In this document: in pieces, positions 30,646-43,599 of the stretch
Layout of the letters: each line of letters opens with the position of its first letter
How positions within the stretch are numbered: position 1 is the first letter of the stretch
Assembly (NCBI GenBank): GCA_964035545.1
Contig: OZ037765.1
Location: forward strand, 29,883,504-29,947,503
Reading direction: 5' to 3'
Length of the DNA stretch: 64,000 bases
Source of the DNA: Bugula neritina
Taxonomy: Eukaryota > Animalia > Bryozoa
Notes under the pieces: model-generated
Told to the model about the DNA's origin: nothing
What the model saw: the letters and a program-made list of their open reading frames with translations, nothing else
Database searches by the model: none
Translations under genes and position numbers: made by a program

Positions 30646-31617
30646 TTACGTTATGCCAACTCTCATGCATTCTCTAACATAAAAACCCAGATCATCTCTC
30701 GACATTCCTTGATGTTTCTCCAACAGTTCTTTCAGCAACTTTCTCGCCCAATTCAAATCATCTTCCCACAATTCACTACAGTCTGGCTGAAGATGAATGG
30801 CTTTTTGGAAAGAGATAATAGAAGCTCTAATTTCTCCCATATTGAGTAGTGCTCTACCCAGAGTCTGCATTGATACCCACCATGTAGGGTTACAAGCGAC
30901 AGCATGCCTGGCTGCCTGAACAGCGGGGAACAATTCTCCCAGACTTGTAAGAGCCTGTGCCTTCATTTCCAGTGTTTTTGAGTTATCAGTGACTAACTGA
31001 AGTGATTCATTCCACTTCTGTATGGCCTCCCAATATCTGCATAGAAAGGAAGTTTTGTGCGCTGCTAGAATACAAAAGCTGAAGTTTCCAATCACTAGCT
31101 GAAAGTGATATCAAATAGGTCTAGTAAACCCTAAAATATTATAAAGACATTGCAATAAACATATAGCTCTGATAAAATTAGCCAGTCAAGTAATGTCATG
31201 TCTATTATTCACGAGCAAGTTATGAATATAAGGAAAATTTGGAGGAATTTGATTTTCCATGCTATGACTAACCGTCATAATGCATGACAGTTAATCCATC
31301 TTATCAATGATGCTATTTAGATATGCTGTGAGAGGCAGTAGTTTACATGAAGCTGTCATGAGACGGAGAAAGGGATTAACAAACCTCTCATGCTCAGCTA
31401 AGGTGATGCCTTCCATATTTAGCCTGTTGGCCTTTGCAATGCTGTCCTCCAGGTGAAGTCGCTGCCTTTTAACTGGAACATTGTGAAGCCAGTCCACGTC
31501 ATCACCCACCTCACCGGGGTCAATCTGTGCCTCATTTGAAAAAGCTTTACTTGCTGCTGAAGATGACCTTTTTATAACCCGAGAATGTTTACTTTTCCAG
31601 TTGAAAGAAGTAGCCAT
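30646..31617 (-). CDS. TTC33: Tetratricopeptide repeat protein 33 (~207 aa)
   Basis: Exons 31617-31385 (MATSFNWK...DWLH..KR..LED...EGITLAEHER) and 31036-30646 (YWEAIQKW..EMKAQAL..ELFPAVQAA..QTLGRA..WEDDLNWA). Matches the TTC33 pattern. A splice acceptor lies 13 nt upstream of the ATG. Confidence 0.92.
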
Positions 31618-32051
31618 GGGTGTTACACATCTGCAATAAAGAAACATGAATTTAAAGTTTATAAAATAGATTTCTATTTTACACTCTGACTTCCATCACT
31701 TTGGAAATATTGCAATATAGGAATAAAAGAGGCGTGTTTTTTATGTAACAAATATATTTCATATGAATAACACAAACCAATCTATTGGAACTCATATGTA
31801 CATCCAGTCTTAACAATAATATAAACCAACTCATTAAAATTCATACGTACATTTTTTCATGAATAATGCAGACCGATTGATCAACGTTCATTAAGTTTAC
31901 ATTAAATTATACATTTATAAAATATTAATTTAAAAAAATTAACATAACCATAAATTCATAACAATAACAATACATTCTCTTCTGAATCATCCGGCTATCA
32001 AGTGACACGGCTGAATACACAACGACATTAGCTCCCCGGGTGCTGTATGAC

Positions 32052-34273
32052 TCAACACAGGTGCACCCCGGGACCTTTGCCCACTGCCTTTTTCAAGCTA
32101 CTGAGGAATGACGTTAAAGTAGCGGTGCCCGTCACAGCGCCGATAGCGGCTGGGTTGTATCTTTTAGTATTGACATGGAAAGCCTTCCCAGAATCCATAT
32201 CTCCTGGTCCCCATGCGTCCACTTCAACTGTGTGCCATTCATGCAGCTGTGGGTCTGATACCAGCTTTCCAATAACCTGTTGCAATAGTAAACAAAAACC
32301 TCAAGTCAAAATAACTTGTAAACAAACCATTAGCTCAAGTTTTTAAGATCTGACCAACTAATATTCATAACATGTTGCTATAGTGAAAATAAATGTCAGG
32401 AGTGAAAGATAAAAAGCAGCCATAGCAGCTGACCTTGTCAAAACCAAGGTTGGATGCCAACATGGAAGCCACAGCCATGGTGTTGATGTTATTTGGAGCT
32501 AAAGGACACAGGCTACGGACATCTCCTTCATACAGAGTGATTACTTCATCAGTTACGCTGGCATTCTTCTCTTTCAGATAACCATTGAGTTTGAAACATG
32601 ATGGGTGTTTAGTCATTGTAATTTTTAATGCCTGTAAAATGAGCATATTACACATTATTAAATTAGCCAGTTGGTTAGAGATTAAGTCTTAAACATTCAT
32701 TAATATGCCTTTAATCAGTTACCTAATGCAAATATATAGGCTATTGTGTAGGACTCATAAATGCAAATGGCGGTTTTTGATTAATTTCAAACTACCTTTG
32801 AAGACACAAACTTTACCACACAGAAATGATATAATAACCAATAGTTTGGTCCCAAGGTTACAGTTGACCAATTCATTATTTAATAGACATAATTGTGTTG
32901 TATGAAATCATACCACACACCATTATTTAATTTATAATATGAAAAAAAAATCAGATTTGAAAGTTGAAATGAGATTCCAGGGCAAATTGTCTATTACAAC
33001 TTGTAAACCCCCTGATTATTAAGTAAATTAATGTTAAAGTTGTTGAGTATAACAGTTGTCATCAGATGCTTTGAAATTAACAGAGTGCGAGGTTTCCATT
33101 AGTGGCTCCCCATTATATGCAAGTTTAAAAAAATGTGGAGCAATTGAAATTCACAAGAAACATTTAGTCTCAGAAAGAAATTTGGTCCTACATCTATGCT
33201 TTGACCATTACTAATTTCAAGTGTCTATTTTTAAACATACATTTTAGTACTTTTGTATATAATTTTTTTCAAAATTTTCTGCAGATATAATGCACTTCTG
33301 CAGATATTATGTACTTCTGCAGATTACCATATACAAATGCAAATCACCATGTACTTAGGACTACAACAAATTGGACTTCACCTGCAAAGTTCCCAGATCA
33401 TTCATTTTCTTGATATCTTCACCTCCCCAGAGGGCACCTGCAGGAAGATAGATGGCATGTTTGACACAGGAAGCTCTTAATTCTCTCTCCACTTCCTGGT
33501 CTGCTAAGATAGTTGGCGACCCAATGAGGTAATCTGCAACCTTAAAAGAAATAATTATTTGTAGGTACGAATTGTATCATTTAAAGCATAATGGTGGGTT
33601 TTAGATGGCTTTAAATGAAATAAAATATATTGGGTTGACAACTCCCAAGTAATTAACCTACATTTAGTTTAATTATATTACAACGTATTATAAGTAAAAA
33701 TATTTGTTTTATCAAGGCTTCAATTACAAAGTTTAGATAAAACTTGTGAGATTCCGACCAATCGTGACGTTTCATCTCTGATATTAGCCAAGGAAAGTAT
33801 TTTTACAAGAAACTTTTCTTTTTCAAAATGCTTCAATTCTTGAATTTAATATTTATAAATAAACTAAATTATATTGAACATTTGCTTGAACTGATTATTA
33901 AAACACTTTATTATTACATTTCTGTATTTATACAGACTATATAACCTATATAGCTATCTGCACATGGCATACTAACTGCATATCTGCACATATCTGCTAA
34001 GTAGTTGTTATGAAATACCTCTAAGAATAGCTTTCCATAGTTTTTAGTGATACAGGGGTGGGCCACTTCTATAATTAAATCAGGGCTGCGCAGTGCTACA
34101 TCTTTGAGGTAGTGTAAAATATATTTCTCATCAACTTTGCCAGTTAAGGCATCACTGTTACGATTCCAAACAAAGGCTAGTTCAAGATCAGGATCTGTGA
34201 GAATCTGTTCTACTAGAAATGCTCCTAATTTACCGAATCCTACCACTCCAATTCTTCTTGGTTTGTGGGCCAT
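32052..34273 (-). CDS. ASPDH: Aspartate dehydrogenase domain-containing protein (~278 aa)
   Basis: Exons 34273-34019, 33540-33382, 32631-32434, 32276-32052. Rossmann IGVVGFGKLG, DLIIEVAHP, GSPTILAD, PAGALWGGEDI, APNNINTMA, RYNPAAIGAVTG and C-terminal GVHLC*. Acceptor at 34285/6 and a likely UTR exon ending at a donor at 34501/34500. Confidence 0.93.
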
Positions 34274-36334
34274 CAGCGAGAAAGCCTATTGCCAAGTATA
34301 GAGACATGCCTATACTACACATGATATCTATTAAGATTAGTTTCAAATTAATATTCATAACTCAAAATAAAAAGACGGCTAAATAGAACACAGTTTCATG
34401 CTTTCTAAACTTATAGTCTTAACTTTCAATTGAAATTTACAATCGTTCCATTCATCTTTATCTATTAATTTAGAAGCATAGAATATTATTAAATACCTAC
34501 CAACACTCAACAGCGCATAAGATTTCCAGTAATAATCCTTTGTGGCGCTGGCCTTTGGTGAACAGCAAATAAAATTAGAATAACCACTTTGGGTTGAGCA
34601 GTTTACACCAAAATGGCTAACATATAGTATGGTGAGAAATGTACTAAAATTTTTGAAGGCTTATTTACACTAGCACAAAACTTCCATGTACCTTACAAAT
34701 AATTTACGAGTTGAACTTAGAATTCCAAAGCTTTATTAACCATAATCAGTATGTTTAAGCAGCTATACTGTTGGGAAAACATACAAAGTCAGAGTGTAAA
34801 TATAAAAAATAACCCTTCAAAATATAGTTACCAAATTTGAAGGCCTATTCATTGACCCAAACAAACCAAACAACTGTCCAATAAAATACACATTTCATTA
34901 TAATTTAAAAGATACATTTTATTTTATTGAAATTACATATAATAGAATTTCAATAAAATAAAAATTTGCTTAGTTTTTATATGAATTTTGTAAAAACTCA
35001 TCTTCTTGGATGCAGACCAAGATTGGCCAATATAAGAGTTTATATAGTTTATAGGGACTCTATATGGTCATAGTGATAGAGATTTTATATAGGGACTTCA
35101 GATTCCTTAGATATCAGCAACTAAGAGGCAAAAGACTAAAGTAGACATGTCTATGTTGAAAAATTACCAAACAGTTGCTAGTTCTGGTTCTTTAATATAA
35201 GTCAACACTGGGTAACTAAGTAACTTTGCTACAGCATAACTTAAACATTATGGCTTAGCCGCTGCAATAGCTTTACATATCTAATGACTACATTACCATA
35301 ATCACTAGTTATTGATAATTAGTCATAAATCAAACTATAATTTATTAATTTGCTATATTGATTGTTAACAATAGTAGTACACTAAAAAGGATTATAAATT
35401 TATAATCATGATAAGAATGTACATACAATCTAATGATAAATCATTGTTCAAATTTAAACAAAGCAGCTTTTGTAGCAGTTAGACATAGAGTTGCTGGTGA
35501 GGTGTCAACAGACAATTCATGGACAAAAACTCTACGACTCTTTTTACATAATTTTGCAGCTATAACTTTTTTATTATTATTATACTCATACTGATAGTCA
35601 ATGTCATAGTGATACTGATGCTCATAGTTATATCACTATATTATGCTAGCCTAATAGGTATCAGCATGAGCATATAAATTAATAAGATGATACTCATACT
35701 CATAGTCAAAGTGATAGTCATAGTGATAGTCACAATAGATTCATAGCAATAGTGCTAGCCATACTGAATGATTATTAACATTATGATTATCATTATGATA
35801 TAATTGATACTGATATTGAATTTGATACTTATGAGTTATAAGTTATAACTATAAGTATAAGACTAAGAGTAAGTTACTAAAGTAAGAGTAACTCTAAGTA
35901 TAACTATAATTTATTTGATAAAAATTAAAATACAATAAATTATATAACAATCATTGCCCCGCACAACCATAAATATATATTTACTTCATAAATGCAATGA
36001 GATACAGAAAAATAGATACAGTAATTGAAAAGTGGTTTAAAATTGTGTCAACATTATTATTATTAATGTCAACAACCTACAAATAAGTATTTACTCATTT
36101 TAATAGTACGAAATCGCTAGGTGCAGCACAAAGTTTAGCATCGTTGAGTGTGTTGTTTGTATGGACACCCTTGTCCGAATCTTAAGCTAACTCCTTCCAC
36201 GAGCCACTGCACTCAAGGACAACCAAATTGGTGCTGCTTCAAGCTACTTTCTTGACAAAATTCACAATGAGCAGTTGCTTTGACATAGCGTAGTTCTTTA
36301 ATTAAATTAATTACATGGACTGTGACGATAAGCT

Positions 36335-36448
36335 TCTCGCGATATTATTTGACAACGTTTAATTAAAGTTTACAGGCTTACAAAGTGACATCAGGCCCGC
36401 GAAACTGTATTTGTAATCAAAATAGAAAAGGCTGTCCTGAGAGTATCG
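36335..36448 (+). promoter_or_regulatory. Putative ORC2 promoter / first non-coding exon with E2F-like and CGCG elements
   Basis: CCGCGAAA (reverse complement TTTCGCGG, E2F-type) at 36397-36404, TCTCGCGATA at 36335-36344, donor G|GTATGT at 36449. Confidence 0.5.
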
Positions 36449-37908
36449 GTATGTTTCTTTATTAATTATTAATATTATTACTCATACTCATGGTGCCAAT
36501 AATGCTCATACTGATACTCACGTTGTTGTTTTATACAGATAAATCGTTGAAATTTCTGGCGTGTAATTGCATCAGTTTGCTTAAATGTTAAATTGCCTCC
36601 AAACACTAACAGAACATTCTCATTCTGATTCTCATAGTCATACCCAATGGCCAATCTCATACTCATAGTCAAAGTTGATAGTGATACTGTTAGTCATCCT
36701 CAATCATTCTAATTCTTGATAATTTAAGTTTAAAATTTAATGACATTACAAAAGTCGAGTAAAAATATGAAGATAAAAATGAATATGAATACCATTATGA
36801 TTATAATTATTATTCTGATTATGCTTATACTTATAGTTAAACTTAATGTTATACCTATACGGCTATACCCGATACCGGCTATAACTTATAACTTATAAGT
36901 ATACCGTATACGTCATAATTACTTTAGTACGTTTATAATAACTTTAATGGTTATCATTTTAAATATGATTTATAATTAAATGATTAATATTGATTATTAT
37001 CACGGTGATTTTGATCATCAGTATCACTTAGTCATTATGATTATAAATTTATTATTATAATTACTAAATTAGTAATTATAAATCGTGATTGTCACTATGA
37101 CTGTGGGTATGACTATGTTCAATTTTAGGATTTTATCAATATCTAACATATTGATTTCATCTTATGATCCTAATCATAACACTTATCCTTATGATTATAA
37201 TGATATTAATAACTATAATCAATCACTGCATATAATTTTACTGATAAACATTAGTATCCGACAAACTAAGTATTATTATAAGTATGAGTGTAAACTATAC
37301 TGTATAACATTAATCTTAGTTATACTTGTTACTATAACTATTAGTATTACTTATCTACTTTTTGTTTTATTCAATTGCTGTATTACTAATACTGTAATAC
37401 TAATTATATGGTTATTAAATTTAACCCTTATTTTCATGGCAATAGTTGTGATGATAAACATATTGATATTGATGTTTAGTAATTTATAGTTATCAGGTGT
37501 CATCTTAGTCTTATACTTATAGTTTTAGTAATAGTAGTAATCGAATTACTAGTACTAGCTGTATGTTAATACTAGCATCAACAATTAAAGCAGGCGTAAA
37601 TTCAAGTCGAAGTCGTGACAAATCAACATGTTCATCAGCTACAAATAAGACTTTTCTGTGTTGCACATCACTGGTGCTTTACTTTTGGCATAGGAAGCAA
37701 CTAGGCTCTCCTTCTAACATATGAAACAAAAGCAAAGGCAAACTGAATATATTGCAATATATTCTCCTGTTCTGTATATAAGAACTGCATATTGCTTTAT
37801 GATAATCGTGAACTTGCAGACCATGTAAACACATTTCAAAGTTTATATTTGTATAGTATATATTTATAATTTTCTTTTTAAATAGTATATTTACCTGCAT
37901 AAGCAACT

Positions 37909-40900
37909 ATGAAGCAAAAACAGGAATCAGTTCACAACTCCACCCGAGAAATTAATCATATCCAAACTAATGCTACAGTCTCTTACATGTGTGATGGAAA
38001 ATCTCATAATTTACTTCAGGATGCCACCAAAAGATCAAAGCGTGAGTTAATTAGGAACTTAAATCTAATATTAATTTCTATTTACAAGTATTATAAAAAT
38101 AAATAAACAAGAAGCTTCTCTTTTGATTACTACTCTATGTATAAAATGATTAAATAAAATAAACTGAAATTTCAGATACCACTTCAAAATCTGAAGATGG
38201 ATACAATGGCATCTGAAATTTAAGTAGTAAAGTATAAGTAAGTATAAAAACGTGTTTCTCGTTTGTTTATATTTTAATCTAGATAAAATAATTTACAGGC
38301 AGCAACACAAAGGTTAGATACCCTCATGTTGGCGCAAAGACAGTCTCGTTGAACTTGCCTGCTGCCGAAGATAAAGAAAATGATGAGGTGATGCAAGAGG
38401 ACTATGACGTTGCTATCACTCATAAGCGTACGTCTACTCTGTCTCAAATAGCATTATAAATATTTATATATATTTACATAATAGGATGTAGAATATTGTT
38501 TACTATATACTTTGAATTCAAGGCAATAAAAGTAATGTCAACATAATTCATTTCTTAGAACAATGCAGTGAAGATGAAAATGACATAGACATAACAAATT
38601 TCTTTGGATTCAGAACTCCTAAGCGCTCTAAACTCTCAGGTATTTGGTTATACTTTGGTATGCGGTACTATCAGTTGTTATGATTTTATCTAACTCAGTT
38701 ATTATATACTGCAATTGCTATAATTATCTTCACTATTTTAATATGTCTTTTGCTATTATTCTATGCTATTTAGCGAGTTAATTTTTAACTGTGTGGCCCT
38801 ATATTCTGATAATGAATGAATATTCACGCTATTGTTTCTGTATGCAGGTAAAACTCCACTGAAAGAGCAAAGCAAGACACCCGCAACACCATCAGCCAGC
38901 AAGCGCCGCGCCAGGAAACTGAAGCTAAAGTCAAGCACCCCGTCTCGTCTGGTGGCCCGTATGACTCTTGGTTTGTATCCTCTCTGTTTTGTCTTATCTT
39001 CTCAGTATGAAAACTTAGTCTTAGTACGCTTTATATCACGTGTGTTTCCTGTGTAATTATATATATTATATGTTGCTTTTGGATCTTTAGGTTTTCAATC
39101 TGTTGTTTGTTAATATGCATCATCTACATTCTACAAGAATATTGTTCAGTTATGAGGAAATTGTTACTATAACTTCAGATGAGTCTGTGGACGATAGTAC
39201 AGACAGTGAAGGTAGTGAAGGCAGTGAAGACTTGCCCTCTGATTCCTTCCCTTCTACCATCTGCTCATCTCAGCAACTGGTGAGTAGAATATCGTGTTGA
39301 ATTACTTCACATACATGTCATGGACAGAGGAAGTTTGAGTTGCAAGCCGGCCTAATAAAGTAAAATGTTGATCGTCTGTTTTTTGTTAAAGTTACAGCCC
39401 AGCACAGATAGTTTTTCGTTCTCAAAAGTGATTGCCTAGCTTGATTGGTTAGATGTGAATGGATTAAAGCACCTGTCAGTGTGTGTCAGTGTCTCTATCT
39501 CTTGTAGCCAAGTCTTGCAGAAGATTTTTTTCATGCTCAAAGCCAAAAACAGATAACTAGTAATCATACGTTAGCTAAGCTTAGAGAAGAAGGGGTGTTA
39601 GACCAAACGTCCCTTAAAGATATCCTCTCCACAAAGTGCTGTCAATATGGTGAAGGAAGACAATTTCTTATGGAAGAGCATAGATCTATGTTTAGGAAGT
39701 GGATGTTACAACTGTGGTAGTTATCTTCTCTTTATACCGCAGTTCATTGTTCACTGCTGAATTATTTTGTCAAATGTAGTTAGTGGAAATTCATCGAAAC
39801 TAAATGGGAATTCATCATGAAAATTATGGTGCATGTTTATTTATATATTGGATTTGAGTTGAAGATGACCAGTAGCTTTTCTACAGTTATAATAATTTTA
39901 CTTAAAAATCAAACGGTATAATCAAGTTGTTTTTTTGCATTAAAAAAGTTTAGTGATGAATATTTTACCAGAAAACTTTAATATTCTATATGAGTATTAT
40001 GTACTTGCATGGACATGGCATTAGTATTAAGTATATTATTTTCTTTCTTATACGTGTTGCTTAGCAACAGAATTGCTAGTGATAAAGTTTACTTCATCCT
40101 TCACTGTTTTAGCCTGGGATTCAACCTCATTTTATATGGCTATGGTTCTAAGAAGGGGTTACTGGAAGAGTTCAGGAAGACAGTCTGTTCAGATTATCAC
40201 TGCGTTGTAATCAATGGATTTTTCCCTAGTATAACTTTAAAAAATGTAAGTTTTGAATAATTATAGTCAGCACTGGCATTATGACACCTGCATGCTAAGC
40301 TGTTCTTCATGAAAGTTTTATAATGAAAACTAGTAAAGCTGTTTCTGTATTTATTTTTTCAAAATGTTAAATATAATACAATATAGATCTACTAATTCAT
40401 TAGTAAAATTGTGTATTTTATCGGCCCATACAGCAAAGTGTATGTGAGAAAAGTATGGAGCTTATCTCGGATTTCTCTGTTTTTAAAATTTCTGTAGATA
40501 ATAGTTTCTATCTGCGAGGATTGTCTGCAGTTGAAAGAGATTCCTAGTGACTTTGATGAGGTGGTTCTGGCCATTGATGAGTATTTAACAAGCAATGGTA
40601 TAGTGTATATAGTAACGTAATATTTTATTTTATTTGGAATAAAATATTAAGTTGATATAATAAATGATATGATGTGATATAATATTATGAATATTTAAAT
40701 CAAAATCAGACTCTCCTATTGATGTACTAATTAATGTTCTGCGGATTTTTAAGCATGGTTATAATTTTCCAACCAAGTTTTCTAACCGATAGAATTATGA
40801 ATATTGGTTTATTGCTGAATTACTTCATTGGAATACGTAATGCATTTTTCAATGTCAACACTTGTAAATTGAGAGTTATCTATTTTGTGTCCTTTTTTAA

Positions 40901-43279
40901 GTAAAGACAACCCCACGAATTAAGCTGGTATAATTCACTGCTTTGTTCATATACGTGTGGCGATATATTAAATAAATTTTGCATTTATTATTATGTTAAA
41001 AATTTTTTTGGTTTAAAATTCTGTTGGTGCATTTGATGTGCTATGCTGGCATTGTAGATGAGGCCCTGTATATCTTCGTGCATAACATAGACGGTCCTAT
41101 GCTCAGGTTGTCTTCAGTGCAGACGTTCTTAGCCTCACTGTCTGCCGTAGATAATGTGCACCTCATCGCTTCGATAGATCATGTCAATGCCCCTCTCAGT
41201 AAGTTCAATTCGAACCATTTAAATATTTTCCTTTCAAAAATCTTACTTTACATTATTAAACTTGTTAGTTGTTGGTTGTAGAAATGCTCATTCTGTTCAT
41301 ATGTGGATAAAACAGCCTTAGTTAATATTTTATAAGCAATTTCGTTAGTTTAGGTGGCAGACATTTTATTTTGCTTTTGATGATTCTTTAAATTTTTACA
41401 ATATTTCACCGTAATAAACTACTTCACTTAGAAATTTGCATCATTTATTTCTCTACGTGTGTATCTATTGTCCTTCGGCAGTGTGGAATCAGTCTGTAGT
41501 GACTAAATACAAGTGGCTATGGTATGATGCTACGACCTTTGACCCCTATATTGAGGAAACCTCTTATGAGAACTCATTGTTCACTCAGCAGTCCGGCAAT
41601 CTCGCTCTTCGTTCCATGATTAATGTATTCAAAAGTCTAACTCCAAATGCAAAGAATATTTTCTTGCTGCTAACCAACTATCATTTAGAGCATTGTGCTG
41701 ATCAGTCATACAGTGGTAAGATAACTTCTAATTTAACTGTCTTTTCATACTTTTGATAAATCAATGCTAACATTAGTTGGTGCTTCTTAACTTTGTTCAT
41801 GCTGTTTATTATTGTTATTGGTTAAAATTAATTTAAATTTTTCTGATGTGCATTTACTTGTGCAGCTTTAAAAATTTTCGATCTTCATGCTGGAGTATTT
41901 TTACCTGCATGTGTGCGTTTATAGGGTTAATAGATACTAATGGTGTATTATATGCAGAAGTACGAGATGCTTAAGCTGTTTCTAGCGATTGTTACGTATA
42001 ATAGCTGTTATGAACACTGATACTTATAAATGATTTATCACTTTCGCTAGATGACCCTCCCAAGGGTATATCTGTAGAATGTTTCTTGTAATGACGGCAC
42101 GCGTTGCTGAATGCCACTGCTGTGATTCACGTACCAACTATTACAATACTGTTCCGTTCCATGCTTGCTTATATCTAAATCTCTTGTATCATTTTATTAA
42201 TTTAATCAATAAAATCAGTAAAAGGCTCTATGTAACTTTATTGCTTAACTTTTACATTCTTTTTAGTTTCAATGCTTTACTGAGGGCGTGGGTGTGCGGA
42301 AATAGGGGTGTGATGTGCAGAGAGTCTGATCTGTAGATAGAGTGTGAGGGTTTATGTCATATAATATTGTGTTACTGTCTCAACTTATTGCCCTGGTTTT
42401 ATTTTCTTCTCTTTATTAAACATTATTTGGTTTTAATTTTAGGCATTCCTTTCCAAATGCTTTACCAGAAATGCAGAGAAAACTTTCTAGTCAATAGCGA
42501 TCAAACCCTGAGAACACAGCTTATAGAATTCAGAGACCACAAGCTAATTCGTTCTAGGAAGGTAAAGTTCAGTCGCACACTGGGGCATGTCATGACGCCC
42601 CAAACATATAATTGTTTTGTAACCCAACTATAACGGGCTGTAGCCAATCACAGTGTCTTTCTAATAAAAGCCAATGCATAATTGGCTTCACAGTGACTAG
42701 CAGTGACAGACTAAACACACACAGTTACACTGTATTGATGTTTTACTGAAGTGTAAAATATGCAGTTCATAAGTTACATAAGTTGGTCCCATTATTAGGC
42801 CTAATTATCACTCTATAGTCTATGCGTTTACATTATAATATGTTTGTTTCTATAGTCTATATGCATATAATCTATGTGTCTATAGGTTATGTGTTATCTG
42901 CGTATATCCTGTACACTGTCAAGTATAGCAATTATATTAGTATGTATTGGTCATACCTCAATGTTTCCCCATAAGTAATGATGTCCATCATTAATACCAC
43001 CTAATCTATCACAAGCTTGGATACATGTAGCTTAACTCTACATTATATGAAACTGATCAAAACCATTTACTGTTTAAGTTCATGATTAGACACTGTAAAC
43101 ATTCTGTATAACTTTTTAAATGTTTATTTTCATTTCACATGAACTCATGTCAGCCCAATGTTCACATACGCCATATAAATTTCCAGGGAGCTGATGGAGC
43201 AGAGCATATATTTCTACCTGCCGATTCAAGTACACTTGGAGATTTCCTGCAGCAAGTGGAGTCCATGGACCATTGTTAG
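37909..43279 (+). CDS. ORC2: Origin recognition complex subunit 2 (~531 aa; N-terminal exon less certain)
   Basis: Exons 37909-38041, 38299-38427, 38559-38639, 38848-38970, 39179-39279, 39508-39716, 40113-40245, 40498-40597, 41058-41198, 41482-41715, 42443-42561, 43187-43279. Motifs [63 protein letters not shown] and [14 protein letters not shown]. Confidence 0.93.
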
Positions 43280-43599
43280 TGAAATATGTCATCAGCTATG
43301 CTGTAAAACTCTGCAAATACCCTGGGAGTTTATGAAACTTTATTAAAGACTGTAATTTTTATTATTTCCTGTAATTTTTTTTATAAACTAAGCAGATATT
43401 TTGTCCTTTCCATATTGATTATGTTATTTAAACATTTTTTTGACCTCAAAATTCAAGCAGGTTTGAAATAAAAGTTGCTGTCCTCTTCACTCCAATAATC
43501 AAGGGCTCTTATAATTAAGAACCACACGTGGCTGACTTATAATTATATCTGTAATTGATCACGTAGCATATTGGATGGACATCACCATAGCTTGTAATG

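Noticed and set aside
32052-32057. C-terminal Cys-TGA of ASPDH as a selenocysteine codon
   Set aside because: ASPDH homologues normally end in HLC*, and I see no convincing SECIS downstream.
37085-37489. 134-aa Ile/Asn-rich hydrophobic ORF
   Set aside because: Translation of the hexamer-periodic low-complexity tract. No family motifs.
42090-42130. ATGA...AA...GA SECIS- or snoRNA-like stretch
   Set aside because: Intronic in ORC2, poor stem geometry and no clear C/D or H/ACA box pair.
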